In this document: piece by piece, positions 10,216-19,867 of the stretch | How the letters are laid out: every line of letters starts with the position of its first letter | Position numbering within the stretch: the stretch's first letter is position 1 | Origin: Syntrophomonadaceae bacterium | Lineage (GTDB): Bacteria > Bacillota > Syntrophomonadia > Syntrophomonadales > Syntrophomonadaceae | Direction: 5' to 3' | DNA: 64,000 nucleotides | NCBI GenBank assembly: GCA_012520725.1 | Contig: JAAYNQ010000177.1 | Coordinates: forward strand, 8,696 to 72,695 | The notes under the pieces: generated by a model | Database searches by the model: none | Told to the model about the DNA's origin: nothing | Seen by the model: only the letters and a program-made list of their open reading frames with translations | Program-made: the position numbers and the translations under genes

Positions 10216-11125
10216 TAATTTGAGTTTGGATTTGTTAAACACTATAAGCGATTTAGCCCAGATACCGGATGGAGCAGTTAATATACGAGTAAATGGAGAA
10301 GCTGTAGTTCGAAATTCCTCAGCCTTGGTTACTATAAGTCCCAGGGATGATGGGAGAGGGTTTTACCTGGAAGTGAAACCAGGAACCCGGGAAACCATTC
10401 ATGTTCCAGTATTGATAACCAAGGCGGGCATTAAAGAAACCGTTTACAACACTTTTAATATTGGAGAGAATTCAGATGTAACCATAATTGCCGGTTGCGG
10501 AATTCATAATCCCAGCCACAGTGATTCCAAGCACGATGGGGTTCATGAATTTGTGGTGGGAGCAGGTGCTCGTTTGCGATATGTTGAGAAGCACTTAGGT
10601 CAAGGTTCGGGGCAAGGAAAACGCATTATGAATCCCAGTACCAAGATAACCCTGCACCGTGGAGCTTCGGCTGAATTGGAGATGACCCAGATAAAAGGGG
10701 TGGATGATGCCTACCGGTCAACTGTTGCTTATATTGAGGATCAGGCTAACCTAAAAATAGTAGAAAGGCTTATGACCGAGGGGAATCAGACTGCAGAATC
10801 AGATGTTCAGATAAATATAGTAGGGAAGGGCGGAAGTGGACAAATCATATCCCGCTCAGTAGCCCGGGATAAATCGGTTCAAGTCTTCAGGGCTGCCCTC
10901 TTAGGCCAGGCCGAATGCAACGGTCATGTGGAATGCGATTCAATTATTATGGATAAAGCCCGGATTAGCTCTATTCCCCAGTTAGTAGCGGAGGACTCAG
11001 AGGCGGTATTAACCCATGAGGCTGCCATAGGCAAGATTGCTGGTGAACAACTGGTCAAACTGATGTCACTGGGATTGATGGAACAGGAAGCGATTGACAT
11101 AATTATTGATGGATTCCTGCGTTAG
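10205..11125 (+). CDS. SufB/SufD-family Fe-S assembly scaffold (short form)
   Basis: 306 aa with a beta-helix-like repeat pattern. C-terminal THEAAIGKI...EQLVKLMSLGL..EAIDIII is typical of SufB/D. Overlaps the sufC stop by 11 nt. Confidence 0.75.
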   Translation: MKFDNLSLDLLNTISDLAQIPDGAVNIRVNGEAVVRNSSALVTISPRDDGRGFYLEVKPGTRETIHVPVLITKAGIKETVYNTFNIGENSDVTIIAGCGIHNPSHSDSKHDGVHEFVVGAGARLRYVEKHLGQGSGQGKRIMNPSTKITLHRGASAELEMTQIKGVDDAYRSTVAYIEDQANLKIVERLMTEGNQTAESDVQINIVGKGGSGQIISRSVARDKSVQVFRAALLGQAECNGHVECDSIIMDKARISSIPQLVAEDSEAVLTHEAAIGKIAGEQLVKLMSLGLMEQEAIDIIIDGFLR

Positions 11126-11170
11126 CTTTAAACCATTTGAGACACAATAAATGGACAGGCGGGTGTATGG

Positions 11171-12067
11171 ATGAATCTAAACTTATTTAAAACTTATGTT
11201 AGGGTGGTTGAAACCCAAAATTTATCGCGTACTGCCAATGAGTTTGGTCTGTCTCAACCAGCTATAACCAAGCAGATTCAAGCCCTAGAAGATATCTATG
11301 GGGTTTTATTGTTGGAGCGATCAGGCCGCAGGCTAAAGACCACAGAAGCTGGTGAAGCATTATATCACTGTGCACGGGAAATCATCAAAGCCATTGATAA
11401 GACGGAGAATATCATGGAAGATGTGGTAGAAAGCCGCCGGGGATATATTTCCCTGGGAGCCAGTACTATACCGGGAGAATATATATTGCCGATTCTGGTT
11501 AAGAACTTCAAAGATAATAATCCCAGTATCCGTATCAGCATGGATATAGGAGATACGGAGAGAATATTCAATAAAGTGGCGGAAAGGGAATTGGACATCG
11601 GAGTAGTAGGGGCCTGGTATAACAATCGCAAGGTAGATGGGTTCCAATGGGTTGAAGATGAACTGGTTATTACAGTGCCGGATCATCATAGAATGGCCTT
11701 AAGGGAGAACGTACATCTATCCGAGCTGGCCTCTGAGAAATGGGTATTCAGGCAAAAAGGCTCCGGCACCAGGAAGATAGCGGAAGAATTAATTGCCAGC
11801 AGTGGACTGAAAATGGATGATATAAATATATATATGGAAGTAGGCAGTACTGAAGCGGTGCTGGCTACGGTGGAAGCCGGAATGGGAATATCCATAGTAT
11901 CGGAGTGGGCTATTCAGCGTTTGGATCCCCACCGTAAAATAGTAAGCCTTAAAATAGCGGATGAGGGTGCAAGGCGTTATTTTTATATTATTTATCCCCA
12001 CCAGAAGAAAAGACGCAAGTCGGTTTTACAGTTCATGGAGTTCTTGCAAAATATAAAGGGAAATTAG
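11171..12067 (+). CDS. LysR-family transcriptional regulator
   Basis: N-terminal HTH (NLSRTANEFGLSQPAITKQIQALE) plus a substrate-binding domain of typical length. Confidence 0.85.
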   Translation: MNLNLFKTYVRVVETQNLSRTANEFGLSQPAITKQIQALEDIYGVLLLERSGRRLKTTEAGEALYHCAREIIKAIDKTENIMEDVVESRRGYISLGASTIPGEYILPILVKNFKDNNPSIRISMDIGDTERIFNKVAERELDIGVVGAWYNNRKVDGFQWVEDELVITVPDHHRMALRENVHLSELASEKWVFRQKGSGTRKIAEELIASSGLKMDDINIYMEVGSTEAVLATVEAGMGISIVSEWAIQRLDPHRKIVSLKIADEGARRYFYIIYPHQKKRRKSVLQFMEFLQNIKGN

Positions 12068-12092
12068 TATTAAGCTAATATGAATTGTCTAG

Positions 12093-12130
12093 AGTTGGGT
12101 AGCTTTACCCAACTTAATATTTTTATTTTA
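12093..12130 (+). terminator. intrinsic terminator after the LysR gene
   Basis: AGTTGGGTA-GCTT-TACCCAACT hairpin followed by a T-rich tract. Confidence 0.65.
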
Positions 12131-12185
12131 AATTGCATAGGGTTTGTATATAATATATCTGTTTGGATAATAAATTAGGGAGGAT

Positions 12186-12650
12186 TTGCCGATGTTACCG
12201 TTACCTAAAAAGTTTTTTCTTACTGCTGCAGCCTCAGAAGGCGAAACCGAGTTGACCGCTTTTGACCGAGCTTTATTAAAAGCCCGGGTAGGAAATACTA
12301 ATCTATTAAGGGTCAGCAGCATTTTACCGCCGGGCTGTGTATATGATCCGGAACTGGTAATTCCCGAAGGTTCTCTTTTACCTATTGCTTATGGATCAAT
12401 CGTTTGTGAAGAGCCTGGGACCAGGATAGCAGCGGCCGTATCGGTAGGTATAAAAAAAGACAGCTTTGGCGTTATCATGGAGTTTTCCGGCAAGTGCAGC
12501 AAGGAAGAGGCAGAACAAAAGGTCAGTGATATGGTTAAAGAAGCCTTTAGAGTAAGAGGTTTGGACTTGGAAGAGATTAAGCTGGCCTCAGCCGAACATA
12601 TAGTAGAAAAAATTGGATGTGCCTTTGCAGCAGTACCTTTATGGTATTAA
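12186..12650 (+). CDS. pdaD: pyruvoyl-dependent arginine decarboxylase
   Basis: 154 aa. PKKFFLTAAASEG...NLLRVSSILPPG carries the Ser-Ser self-cleavage site characteristic of PdaD. The start may be ATG 12192. Confidence 0.85.
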   Translation: MPMLPLPKKFFLTAAASEGETELTAFDRALLKARVGNTNLLRVSSILPPGCVYDPELVIPEGSLLPIAYGSIVCEEPGTRIAAAVSVGIKKDSFGVIMEFSGKCSKEEAEQKVSDMVKEAFRVRGLDLEEIKLASAEHIVEKIGCAFAAVPLWY

Positions 12651-12691
12651 AACTAGTTCAGCTCAATATATAACAAAGGGAGGAAGCCGCT

Positions 12692-13522
12692 TTGGAATTG
12701 TGGTTTACTGAATATCAGACTCCAGCCATAGGATTTAGCTGTAAAAGTACTGGCACCCTGAGAACAGAGAAGACAGCCTATCAGGATCTGGCAGTTATAG
12801 AAACAGAACAGTTTGGTCGGATGTTGCTCTTGGATGGAATGGTTATGACTACTGAAAAAGATGAATTTATATACCATGAGATGATTAGCCTGATAGCATG
12901 TAATTCTCATCCCCGCCCTAGTAAGGTTTTAATTATTGGAGGAGGGGATGGTGGTACCTTGAGGGAAGTGGTGCGTCATCCAGCCGTAGAACAGGGAACT
13001 TTAGTAGAGATTGACGACAGAGTTATACAGGCAGCCCGTGACTTCTTTCCTTCCTTATCCTGTGCTTTGGACCATGAGAAGAGCAAGGTTTTAGTAGAAG
13101 ACGGCATCAAGTATGTTCAGGAACATGAAAACTGCTATGATATTGTGATTGTTGATTCTACTGATCCGGTAGGTCCGGCTATTGAATTATTTTCCAAGTC
13201 ATTCTATGCCAATGTTTATAAGGTATTAAAAGATGATGGTATGTTGGTGGTACAAAGTGATTCTCCCTATTACCATCCTGATGTAGTAAAAATGGCTTTT
13301 AACGGCATCAAGGAAATATTTCCTTTGACCAGGCTTTATTTGGCCAATATACCTACCTATCCCAGTGGTTTATGGAGCTTTACGGTTGGATCAAAGAAAT
13401 ATGATCCCCAAGAACCCTGTCATAGCCACCAAGAAGGATGCAGGTATTATAGCCTTGAGCTACATAAGGCGGCTTTTCAGCTGCCGGTATTGGTTGAGCA
13501 ACTCATAGGGAATGGAGAATAG
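12692..13522 (+). CDS. speE: spermidine synthase
   Basis: TTG start giving MELWFTEYQT. Also GGGDGGTLREV and DSTDPVGPA motifs. Confidence 0.9.
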   Translation: MELWFTEYQTPAIGFSCKSTGTLRTEKTAYQDLAVIETEQFGRMLLLDGMVMTTEKDEFIYHEMISLIACNSHPRPSKVLIIGGGDGGTLREVVRHPAVEQGTLVEIDDRVIQAARDFFPSLSCALDHEKSKVLVEDGIKYVQEHENCYDIVIVDSTDPVGPAIELFSKSFYANVYKVLKDDGMLVVQSDSPYYHPDVVKMAFNGIKEIFPLTRLYLANIPTYPSGLWSFTVGSKKYDPQEPCHSHQEGCRYYSLELHKAAFQLPVLVEQLIGNGE

Positions 13523-13528
13523 AAGGGT

Positions 13529-14392
13529 ATGAAACAGGCCATAGAATACCTGGAAAGCAAGGCAGTGTTCATGGCTGCCTCCAATAAATTAGAAAACTGC
13601 GAGAAAGTGCTCTTAGGAATTCCCTTTGATGCTACTACCAGCTTTAGGCCAGGGACCCGCCTGGCACCTTATCGTATTCGGGAAGTATCTGAGGGGATTG
13701 AGGAATACAGCATATACCAGGATCGATCGCTGGAAACCCTGGATTTTTATGATGCCGGGGATATTATACTCCCTTTTGGCAATGTTATCGAATGTATGAA
13801 TCGTATTGAGCATATAGGCCATTATTTCCTGAAACAAGGGAAAAAACTATTCTCCATGGGTGGAGAACACTTGATTAGCTGGCCTTTAATCAAGTCCTAT
13901 CACCAGCACTATCCCGAGCTGGTGGTATTGCAACTGGATGCCCATGCTGATTTAAGGGATCATTATCTTGGTGAAACCCTGTCTCATGCCTCGGTTATGA
14001 GGCAGGCAGCTGAATTGTTGGGGCCCAGGCGGGTTTTTCAACTGGGTATACGCTCCTGTACCGGGGATGAGTTGAGCTATGCCCAATCCCATACCAGAAT
14101 CTATGTTGATGTCTTACTGGAGGTACTGGATCAAGTTAAAGAGCTGATAGGCAGTCGTCCTGTATATTTTACCCTGGATATCGATGTGCTTGACCCGGCT
14201 TTTGCCCCTGGAACCGGGACTCCGGAACCAGGAGGTTTCAGCTCCCGCCAGGTTCTGCAATTAATGCACCAGATACAGGACCTTAATATTGTGGGCTTTG
14301 ATTTGGTGGAAGTTTCCCCTCCTTATGACAACTCCGAGATCACCTCCATATTAGCTGCCAAGATATTAAGGGAGGCACTCTTGGCCTATTAG
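13529..14392 (+). CDS. speB: agmatinase (ureohydrolase family)
   Basis: Mn-ligand motifs GGEHLIS, LDAHADL, and DIDVLDPAFAPGTGTPEPGG. Confidence 0.9.
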   Translation: MKQAIEYLESKAVFMAASNKLENCEKVLLGIPFDATTSFRPGTRLAPYRIREVSEGIEEYSIYQDRSLETLDFYDAGDIILPFGNVIECMNRIEHIGHYFLKQGKKLFSMGGEHLISWPLIKSYHQHYPELVVLQLDAHADLRDHYLGETLSHASVMRQAAELLGPRRVFQLGIRSCTGDELSYAQSHTRIYVDVLLEVLDQVKELIGSRPVYFTLDIDVLDPAFAPGTGTPEPGGFSSRQVLQLMHQIQDLNIVGFDLVEVSPPYDNSEITSILAAKILREALLAY

Positions 14393-14590
14393 TTGAGCGG
14401 CCGTTTCAAATGTCCAATTATCTACCTGGGACAGTGCCAAGAACTATGGGTTATGAAAAAAAGCCCTTTTAGGCTAAGAAGAATTGAGCTGCTGGTCAGT
14501 AGGGAGGGTTTCAACGCTAAATTTTCCATCATGACAGTGATCCCTTCATTGGGACTGGAACTAAGCCTTTTTGCTTGTAAGACAATAAAT

Positions 14591-14625
14591 GACAGTGGGA
14601 ATCGTTCCCACTGTCTATTGTTTTT
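14591..14625. terminator. bidirectional intrinsic terminator
   Basis: GACAGTGGGA-ATCGT-TCCCACTGTC perfect 10-bp stem. T-tract on the + strand, and an A/T-rich flank on the - strand. Confidence 0.7.
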
Positions 14626-15070
14626 AGTAAATGGTGAGGTGTTTGGAGTATACATAGATGATATTGCTGTCAGCTTTTTTATTAAAGGTAAATAAATCGC
14701 TGAGCAGCTCGTAAATTGCTTCCATTTCCTCCTCTTGATTATTAACAGTCCCCAGTAGTTCGATCTCGACCACCGCCACCCGGCTTTCCATCCAGTTAAG
14801 GAGCCTTAGTTCCTGCAATCCTTCACCTAGAAAATCCAATTCCTCCAGGGGCATGGAGAAAGGGGCCCGGGGCTTGCTTTTAATATGACTTTCCAGTTTC
14901 TCGATAAAATACTTTAGTTGGGCTTCTTTTTCCGGATCGATCACATACTGGAATAAGATTTCATAAAGGTTTTGCGCCAATATTATGGAGGTGGTATTGG
15001 GCAAGAGGATATGTTGTTCCATTCTTAGAAAATTGAGTTTAAATTCTTTGCTACCTGGCAAAATCATCAC
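14624..15070 (-). CDS. hypothetical protein (no family recognised)
   Basis: 148-aa acidic, helical ORF with no overlap with other genes. An AGGAG sits upstream, but the exact start (GTG, ATG, or TTG 15061) is ambiguous. Confidence 0.45.
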   Translation of the reverse strand: MMILPGSKEFKLNFLRMEQHILLPNTTSIILAQNLYEILFQYVIDPEKEAQLKYFIEKLESHIKSKPRAPFSMPLEELDFLGEGLQELRLLNWMESRVAVVEIELLGTVNNQEEEMEAIYELLSDLFTFNKKADSNIIYVYSKHLTIY

Positions 15071-15303
15071 TCCTAATTCTTATCTTATTTGATTTTAACT
15101 TTTATATCGATAATTAACAACTGAAGTCCTCAGCTCCCTAAATTTGCTGTCTTGATATTGTCCATGTCTATATAAATAATCTGTTTTGGGCTCAATTAGG
15201 GGAAAAAAATGATTATTTCAAGGAATTTAGGGCTAGGCTTAGATGATCTCTAAGTTCCAGCCTGATATTCTATTTTTCTAAAAATAGCTGCTCAAAAGTC
15301 CTT

Positions 15304-15332
15304 TTGAAAAGAAAACTATAATAAAATATAAT
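15304..15332 (+). promoter_or_regulatory. sigma-A-type promoter TTGAAA-17-TATAAT
   Basis: Near-consensus hexamers with exact 17-nt spacing, about 70 nt upstream of the riboswitch core. Confidence 0.55.
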
Positions 15333-15399
15333 AATAATGTTAAATAACAAAATATAATGTATGTTGGTATATACAAACCATTCTCATCAGCCGAATTTC

Positions 15400-15535
15400 T
15401 TCTATCTTTAATGAGATGCAGGGGAGCGGGGGAACCGTTTTTGGGGGTGAGTTCCCGGTCTGTGCCGGGATAGGGCGGCCCTTTAGCCCGAATCCGTCAG
15501 CTAACCTCGTAGGCTATGAGGGGGAGTAATGGATA
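15400..15535 (+). promoter_or_regulatory. c-di-AMP riboswitch (ydaO/kimA class)
   Basis: The conserved cores occur in the expected order: GAGCGGGGGAACC, GGGGGTGAGTTCC, TAGGGCGG, CCCGAATCCGTCAGCTAACCTCGTAGGC. It lies upstream of an osmoprotectant transporter, a typical regulon member. Confidence 0.85.
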
Positions 15536-15826
15536 GTATTTTTAGTTTAGTTGATATTCAATAGATCTTTCCGATCACCATAGTATTATTTCCCCATTAA
15601 ACTATCCACATTCATATCCCATTTATTTATTCCCTTGTTAATAGTGTTGGCTTTTGAACCTTACCCTTACTAAAACAGGGACTGGCTGTTCCGCACGTCT
15701 GCTTTTCTGTTAATCTATACGGTGATTCTGATAATTGTCTTATAGCACGGAAATAATAACTCCAATATGCAGTGTACAAGAACTTATTTTATGACGCTTA
15801 TGCTTTGTTTATAAAGGAATGATAAT

Positions 15827-17020
15827 ATGATCGAAGTTAAGAATCTTACCAAAATCTATGGCCACAATACGGAAGCAGCTTTGGAAATGCTGAAAAAAGG
15901 TGCTTCTAACCAGGAGATTAAAGACAAAACCAAGCAGGTGGTAGGAGTCCGGAATGCCAGTTTTACAGTGGAAAATGGTGAGACTTTTGTAATTATGGGT
16001 TTATCCGGCAGTGGAAAGTCTACTCTACTCAGATGCATCAACCGCTTAATCAAAGCCAGTGCAGGTCAGATCATTATTGATGGGGTAGATGTACTGAGCA
16101 TGAGTCCAAAAGAGTTGGAGGAATTGCGCAAACGCAAAATGTCCATGGTTTTCCAACGCTTTGCTCTTTTGCCCCATCGCAATATCCTGGACAATGTTGC
16201 TTACGGCTTGGAGGTTCAAGGGGTCAAAAAAGAGGCACGTCAGGCTAAAGCCCGGGAGGTAATACAAATGGTCGGTTTGTCTGGATGGGAAGAATCCTAT
16301 CCTGAGAACCTGAGCGGGGGAATGCAACAGAGAGTGGGCATTGCTCGCGCCTTAGCCACCGATCCCGACATCTTGTTGATGGATGAGCCTTTCAGTGCTC
16401 TGGATCCTTTGATACGGCAGGATATGCAGGAGGAGCTGATAAATATTCAAGAAAAGCTCCAAAAGACAATAATTTTTATTACCCATGACCTGGATGAAGC
16501 TCTTAAAATTGGAGATCATATTGCCTTGATGAAGGACGGAGAAATCGTTCAGATAGGGTCTCCGGAAGATATACTTCTTTCCCCGGCCAGTGATTATGTA
16601 GCCCGTTTCGTGGAAAATGTTAACCGTTCTCTGGCCCTTACTGCAGCTTCGGTAATGATTAGGCCCCGTTATGTAGTTCACCCCAAAGATGGTCCCCGGA
16701 CGGCTCTTAATTTTATGGAGAAGCACGGATTGTCTACCTTGTTTGTCCTGGATCGCTTCGGTAAATTAAGGGGCTATATTAGTGCCGAGGATGCTTCGGA
16801 GCTGGCTTCCAGAGGAATAAAGGATTTGGCTGACATTATACAGGATGATATGCCTACCGCCAATCCTGAGACGCCCCTGGCTGATCTACTGGATGTAATG
16901 GCCTATACTAAAGTGCCCATAGCGGTTATCGATGAAGAAGGCAGGCTACAGGGAACTCTGGTTAGGGGCTCTGTTATTGCCGGTTTGGCCGGTGGAAGGG
17001 GGGAAAGCATTAATGGATAG
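15827..17020 (+). CDS. opuAA: glycine betaine/proline ABC transporter ATPase with tandem CBS domains
   Basis: GLSGSGKST, LSGGMQQRVGIARAL, LLMDEPFSALD, and a C-terminal CBS pair. Confidence 0.9.
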   Translation: MIEVKNLTKIYGHNTEAALEMLKKGASNQEIKDKTKQVVGVRNASFTVENGETFVIMGLSGSGKSTLLRCINRLIKASAGQIIIDGVDVLSMSPKELEELRKRKMSMVFQRFALLPHRNILDNVAYGLEVQGVKKEARQAKAREVIQMVGLSGWEESYPENLSGGMQQRVGIARALATDPDILLMDEPFSALDPLIRQDMQEELINIQEKLQKTIIFITHDLDEALKIGDHIALMKDGEIVQIGSPEDILLSPASDYVARFVENVNRSLALTAASVMIRPRYVVHPKDGPRTALNFMEKHGLSTLFVLDRFGKLRGYISAEDASELASRGIKDLADIIQDDMPTANPETPLADLLDVMAYTKVPIAVIDEEGRLQGTLVRGSVIAGLAGGRGESING

Positions 17021-17861
17021 AATACCCAGAATTCCGCTGGCGGAGTGGACCGATACCTTTATTGTTTACCTGCAGAATAATTTTGGGTCCAGTACTCAAG
17101 CTTTTGCCGACGGATTAGAGGGATTTATAAAGGGACTGCAGGGTATATTGATCGAGGCGCCAGCCGAATTGATAATAATCGTTTTGGTACTCCTGGCTTG
17201 GCGCTTGGCCGGAAAGAAAGTGGCCGTATTCACTATGCTGGGTTTATTCTTTATATACAATCTAGGCCTATGGGCTGTGACCATGGAGACTATTGCCATG
17301 GTAATATCAGCAGTCCTGCTCTGTATGCTGATCGGCATACCCTTAGGCATTTTAGGGGCTAAGAGTCAAACGGCTCATCGTATTATAATGCCCATCCTTG
17401 ATTTTATGCAGACTTTGCCCGCTTTCGTGTACTTGTTGCCGGCTATTCCTTTTTTTGGATTGGGAGTAGTACCCGGGGTAATTACTACCATAATTTTTGC
17501 TATGCCCCCGGTTATCAGGTTAACTGATCTAGGCCTTAAACAGGTACCAGAGGAGTTGATAGAATTGGGCAAATCCTTTGGCTCCACTTTCTGGCAGATG
17601 CTGGTTAAGATTGAACTCCCCTTGGCTAGGTCTACTATGCTGGCAGGTATTAATCAATGTATAATGCTATCCCTGTCCATGGTGGTTATAGCTTCCATGA
17701 TTGGGGCCAAGGGCTTGGGCGGAATAGTATGGAGAGCCATACAAACCCTTAACATGGGGGCAGGCTTTGAGGCCGGGGTGGCAATCGTTATCATCGCAAT
17801 AATCCTGGATAGAATAACCCAGAACCTAGGCAGCTCAAAAAAAGGAAAGGAGTCGATTTAG
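17013..17861 (+). CDS. opuAB: glycine betaine/proline ABC transporter permease
   Basis: Polytopic, with an EAA-like loop region. ATG 17013 overlaps the opuAA stop (ATGGATAG). The track ORF starts upstream at 16932. Confidence 0.85.
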   Translation: MDRIPRIPLAEWTDTFIVYLQNNFGSSTQAFADGLEGFIKGLQGILIEAPAELIIIVLVLLAWRLAGKKVAVFTMLGLFFIYNLGLWAVTMETIAMVISAVLLCMLIGIPLGILGAKSQTAHRIIMPILDFMQTLPAFVYLLPAIPFFGLGVVPGVITTIIFAMPPVIRLTDLGLKQVPEELIELGKSFGSTFWQMLVKIELPLARSTMLAGINQCIMLSLSMVVIASMIGAKGLGGIVWRAIQTLNMGAGFEAGVAIVIIAIILDRITQNLGSSKKGKESI

Positions 17862-17862
17862 T

Positions 17863-18786
17863 TTGTTGAGGAAGAAAAAACTGGTTTTGATCCTGACTGT
17901 GTTGGTATTCGCCCTGGTCAGTGTAGTTGGATGTGGAGGGTCAGATACTAATGAGCCTTCAGATGGTGCGCAGAGTGTAAAGGACAAATTGGGGGGAAGG
18001 ATAATTGGAATTGACCCTGGAGCAGGGATAATGGCGGCCAGTGAAAAGGCCTTGATTGAGTATGAACTGGACTATGAACTGGTGGAAGGTAGCGATGCTA
18101 CCATGGTTGCTACCTTAAAGCAGGCTATTGATAATAATAAATGGGTAGTTGTTACCGGTTGGGCCCCTCATTGGAAATTTGCTACCTGGGACCTAAAATT
18201 CCTGGATGATCCCAAGGGGGTTTACGGAGAAGCGGAAACCATCAATACTATAGTTCGTAAGGGCCTTAAAGAGGATCTGCCGGAAGTATATGAGATTTGT
18301 GATAATTTTGCTTGGGGCGATGCAGATATCGGTTCAGCCATGGGCCTAGCCGATGAGTTGGGTGATGATGTATTGGCAGCCCGGCAATGGGTAGAAGAGA
18401 ATCAGGACCTGGTTAACACTTGGTTGCCCCAGGGTTACGACGCTGGAAGCACGGTTGATAAGCCCAGCAAAGAACAGATAACCCTGTTGTATGTGGAATG
18501 GGCTTGTGCCCGGGCAGAAACCCATGTAATGGCTGATGTTCTGCAAAATATAATGGGTTACCAGGTTGAGCTGATGTCGGTGGGTGCAGCCGCTATGTAT
18601 GAAGGTCTGGCAGCAGGACAGGGGGATGCATGTTTCACCGCCTGGCTACCCCTTACCCATGGAGAATACATGAAGCAAGTGGGAGATAAGGTAGAGGACT
18701 TGGGACCCAGCTATGAAGGAGCCAGAATAGGTTTGGTAGTTCCCAGCTATGTAGACATTGACTCCATCGAAGAATTAAATAATTAA
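17863..18786 (+). CDS. opuAC: glycine betaine-binding lipoprotein
   Basis: Signal peptide with lipobox VVGC. Periplasmic-binding-protein fold of OpuAC size. TTG start. Confidence 0.8.
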   Translation: MLRKKKLVLILTVLVFALVSVVGCGGSDTNEPSDGAQSVKDKLGGRIIGIDPGAGIMAASEKALIEYELDYELVEGSDATMVATLKQAIDNNKWVVVTGWAPHWKFATWDLKFLDDPKGVYGEAETINTIVRKGLKEDLPEVYEICDNFAWGDADIGSAMGLADELGDDVLAARQWVEENQDLVNTWLPQGYDAGSTVDKPSKEQITLLYVEWACARAETHVMADVLQNIMGYQVELMSVGAAAMYEGLAAGQGDACFTAWLPLTHGEYMKQVGDKVEDLGPSYEGARIGLVVPSYVDIDSIEELNN

Positions 18787-18800
18787 TCAATGCAGAAGCA

Positions 18801-18836
18801 AAAGGCGGCCGGTCAAAGCAGATCGGCCGCCTTTTT
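18801..18836. terminator. bidirectional intrinsic terminator between opuAC and trpS
   Basis: AAAGGCGGCCG...CGGCCGCCTTT 11-bp stem flanked by A- and T-tracts. Confidence 0.85.
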
Positions 18837-18853
18837 ATGGATAGTCGTTTAAA

Positions 18854-19867
18854 TTAAAGGTGAATTTCGTGATCAAAGTAATTGATATTCATGGCCTGGC
18901 GCACTTCCACCATGGTTTCCCGGGCGACTGAGTGTGCTTTACGGGTGCCCTCCATCAAAATCTCTTTTACTTGCTTAGGATTGTTTTGGTATTTTCCCCT
19001 TCTTTCCCGCATGGGTTCCAGCATGCTATTAAGCTGATGGGCTAAACGTTTTTTACAGGCCACACAACCTATACTGCCACTACGGCAATCGGATTCAATT
19101 TCTGCAGCTTCTCCAGCATTAAATACCCGGTGGTATTCAAAAACAGTACAGATTTCGGGATGACCGGGATCAGTTTTTCGTATACGGGCTGGATCAGTAA
19201 CTGCATTTCTGATTTTTTGATCGACCTGTTCTGAACTATCAGACAGGAATACAGCATTATTTAGGCTTTTACTCATTTTGGCCTTGCCATCCAGACCTAC
19301 CAGACGGGGTACATCTCCTACCAATGCCTCAGGTTCAACCAGAACCGGACGATATAGATCATTGAAACGTCTTACGATCTTCCGGGCTAGTTCAATATGG
19401 GGTATTTGATCATCTCCTACCGGCACCAGGTGGGCTTTAAAAATACTGATGTCTGCAGCTTGACTGACCGGATAACCCAGAAAGCCATAGGTCATGTCCT
19501 GAAATCCATGTTGCGCGGCCTCTGACTTAACCGTAGGATTATGGCGCAGAACATTCACTGAGGTAAACATGGAATAATACATGGTTAGTTCATGAATTTC
19601 CGGTATCATGCTCTGAATAAAAATAGTGGATTGTTCCGGATCTATTCCTGCGGCCAGGTAATCTAAAGTAATCCCATATACATTCCGGGACAGGTTCTCA
19701 TCCTTTTCCCAATGAGTGGTCAAGGCCTGAACATCAGCAATGATAATAAAACTGTCATATTCCTTTTGTAGTTTTACCCGATTGGCCAAGCTACCTACAT
19801 AATGACCCAGGTGCAAATTTCCGGTAGGCCGGTCTCCTGTAAGAATACGCTTTTTGCCTTGCTGCAT
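18854..19867 (-). CDS. trpS: tryptophan--tRNA ligase
   Basis: TGNLHLGHYVG (HIGH) and KMSKS motifs. ATG 19867 sits 9 nt after AGGAGG. The track ORF extends 14 codons upstream into the T-box terminator. Confidence 0.95.
   Translation of the reverse strand: MQQGKKRILTGDRPTGNLHLGHYVGSLANRVKLQKEYDSFIIIADVQALTTHWEKDENLSRNVYGITLDYLAAGIDPEQSTIFIQSMIPEIHELTMYYSMFTSVNVLRHNPTVKSEAAQHGFQDMTYGFLGYPVSQAADISIFKAHLVPVGDDQIPHIELARKIVRRFNDLYRPVLVEPEALVGDVPRLVGLDGKAKMSKSLNNAVFLSDSSEQVDQKIRNAVTDPARIRKTDPGHPEICTVFEYHRVFNAGEAAEIESDCRSGSIGCVACKKRLAHQLNSMLEPMRERRGKYQNNPKQVKEILMEGTRKAHSVARETMVEVRQAMNINYFDHEIHL

Noticed and set aside
14393-14695. 100-aa + strand ORF, and the 77-aa - strand ORF at 14422..14655.
   Set aside because: Both run straight through the 14591-14625 terminator hairpin. 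They lack an RBS and are low-complexity.
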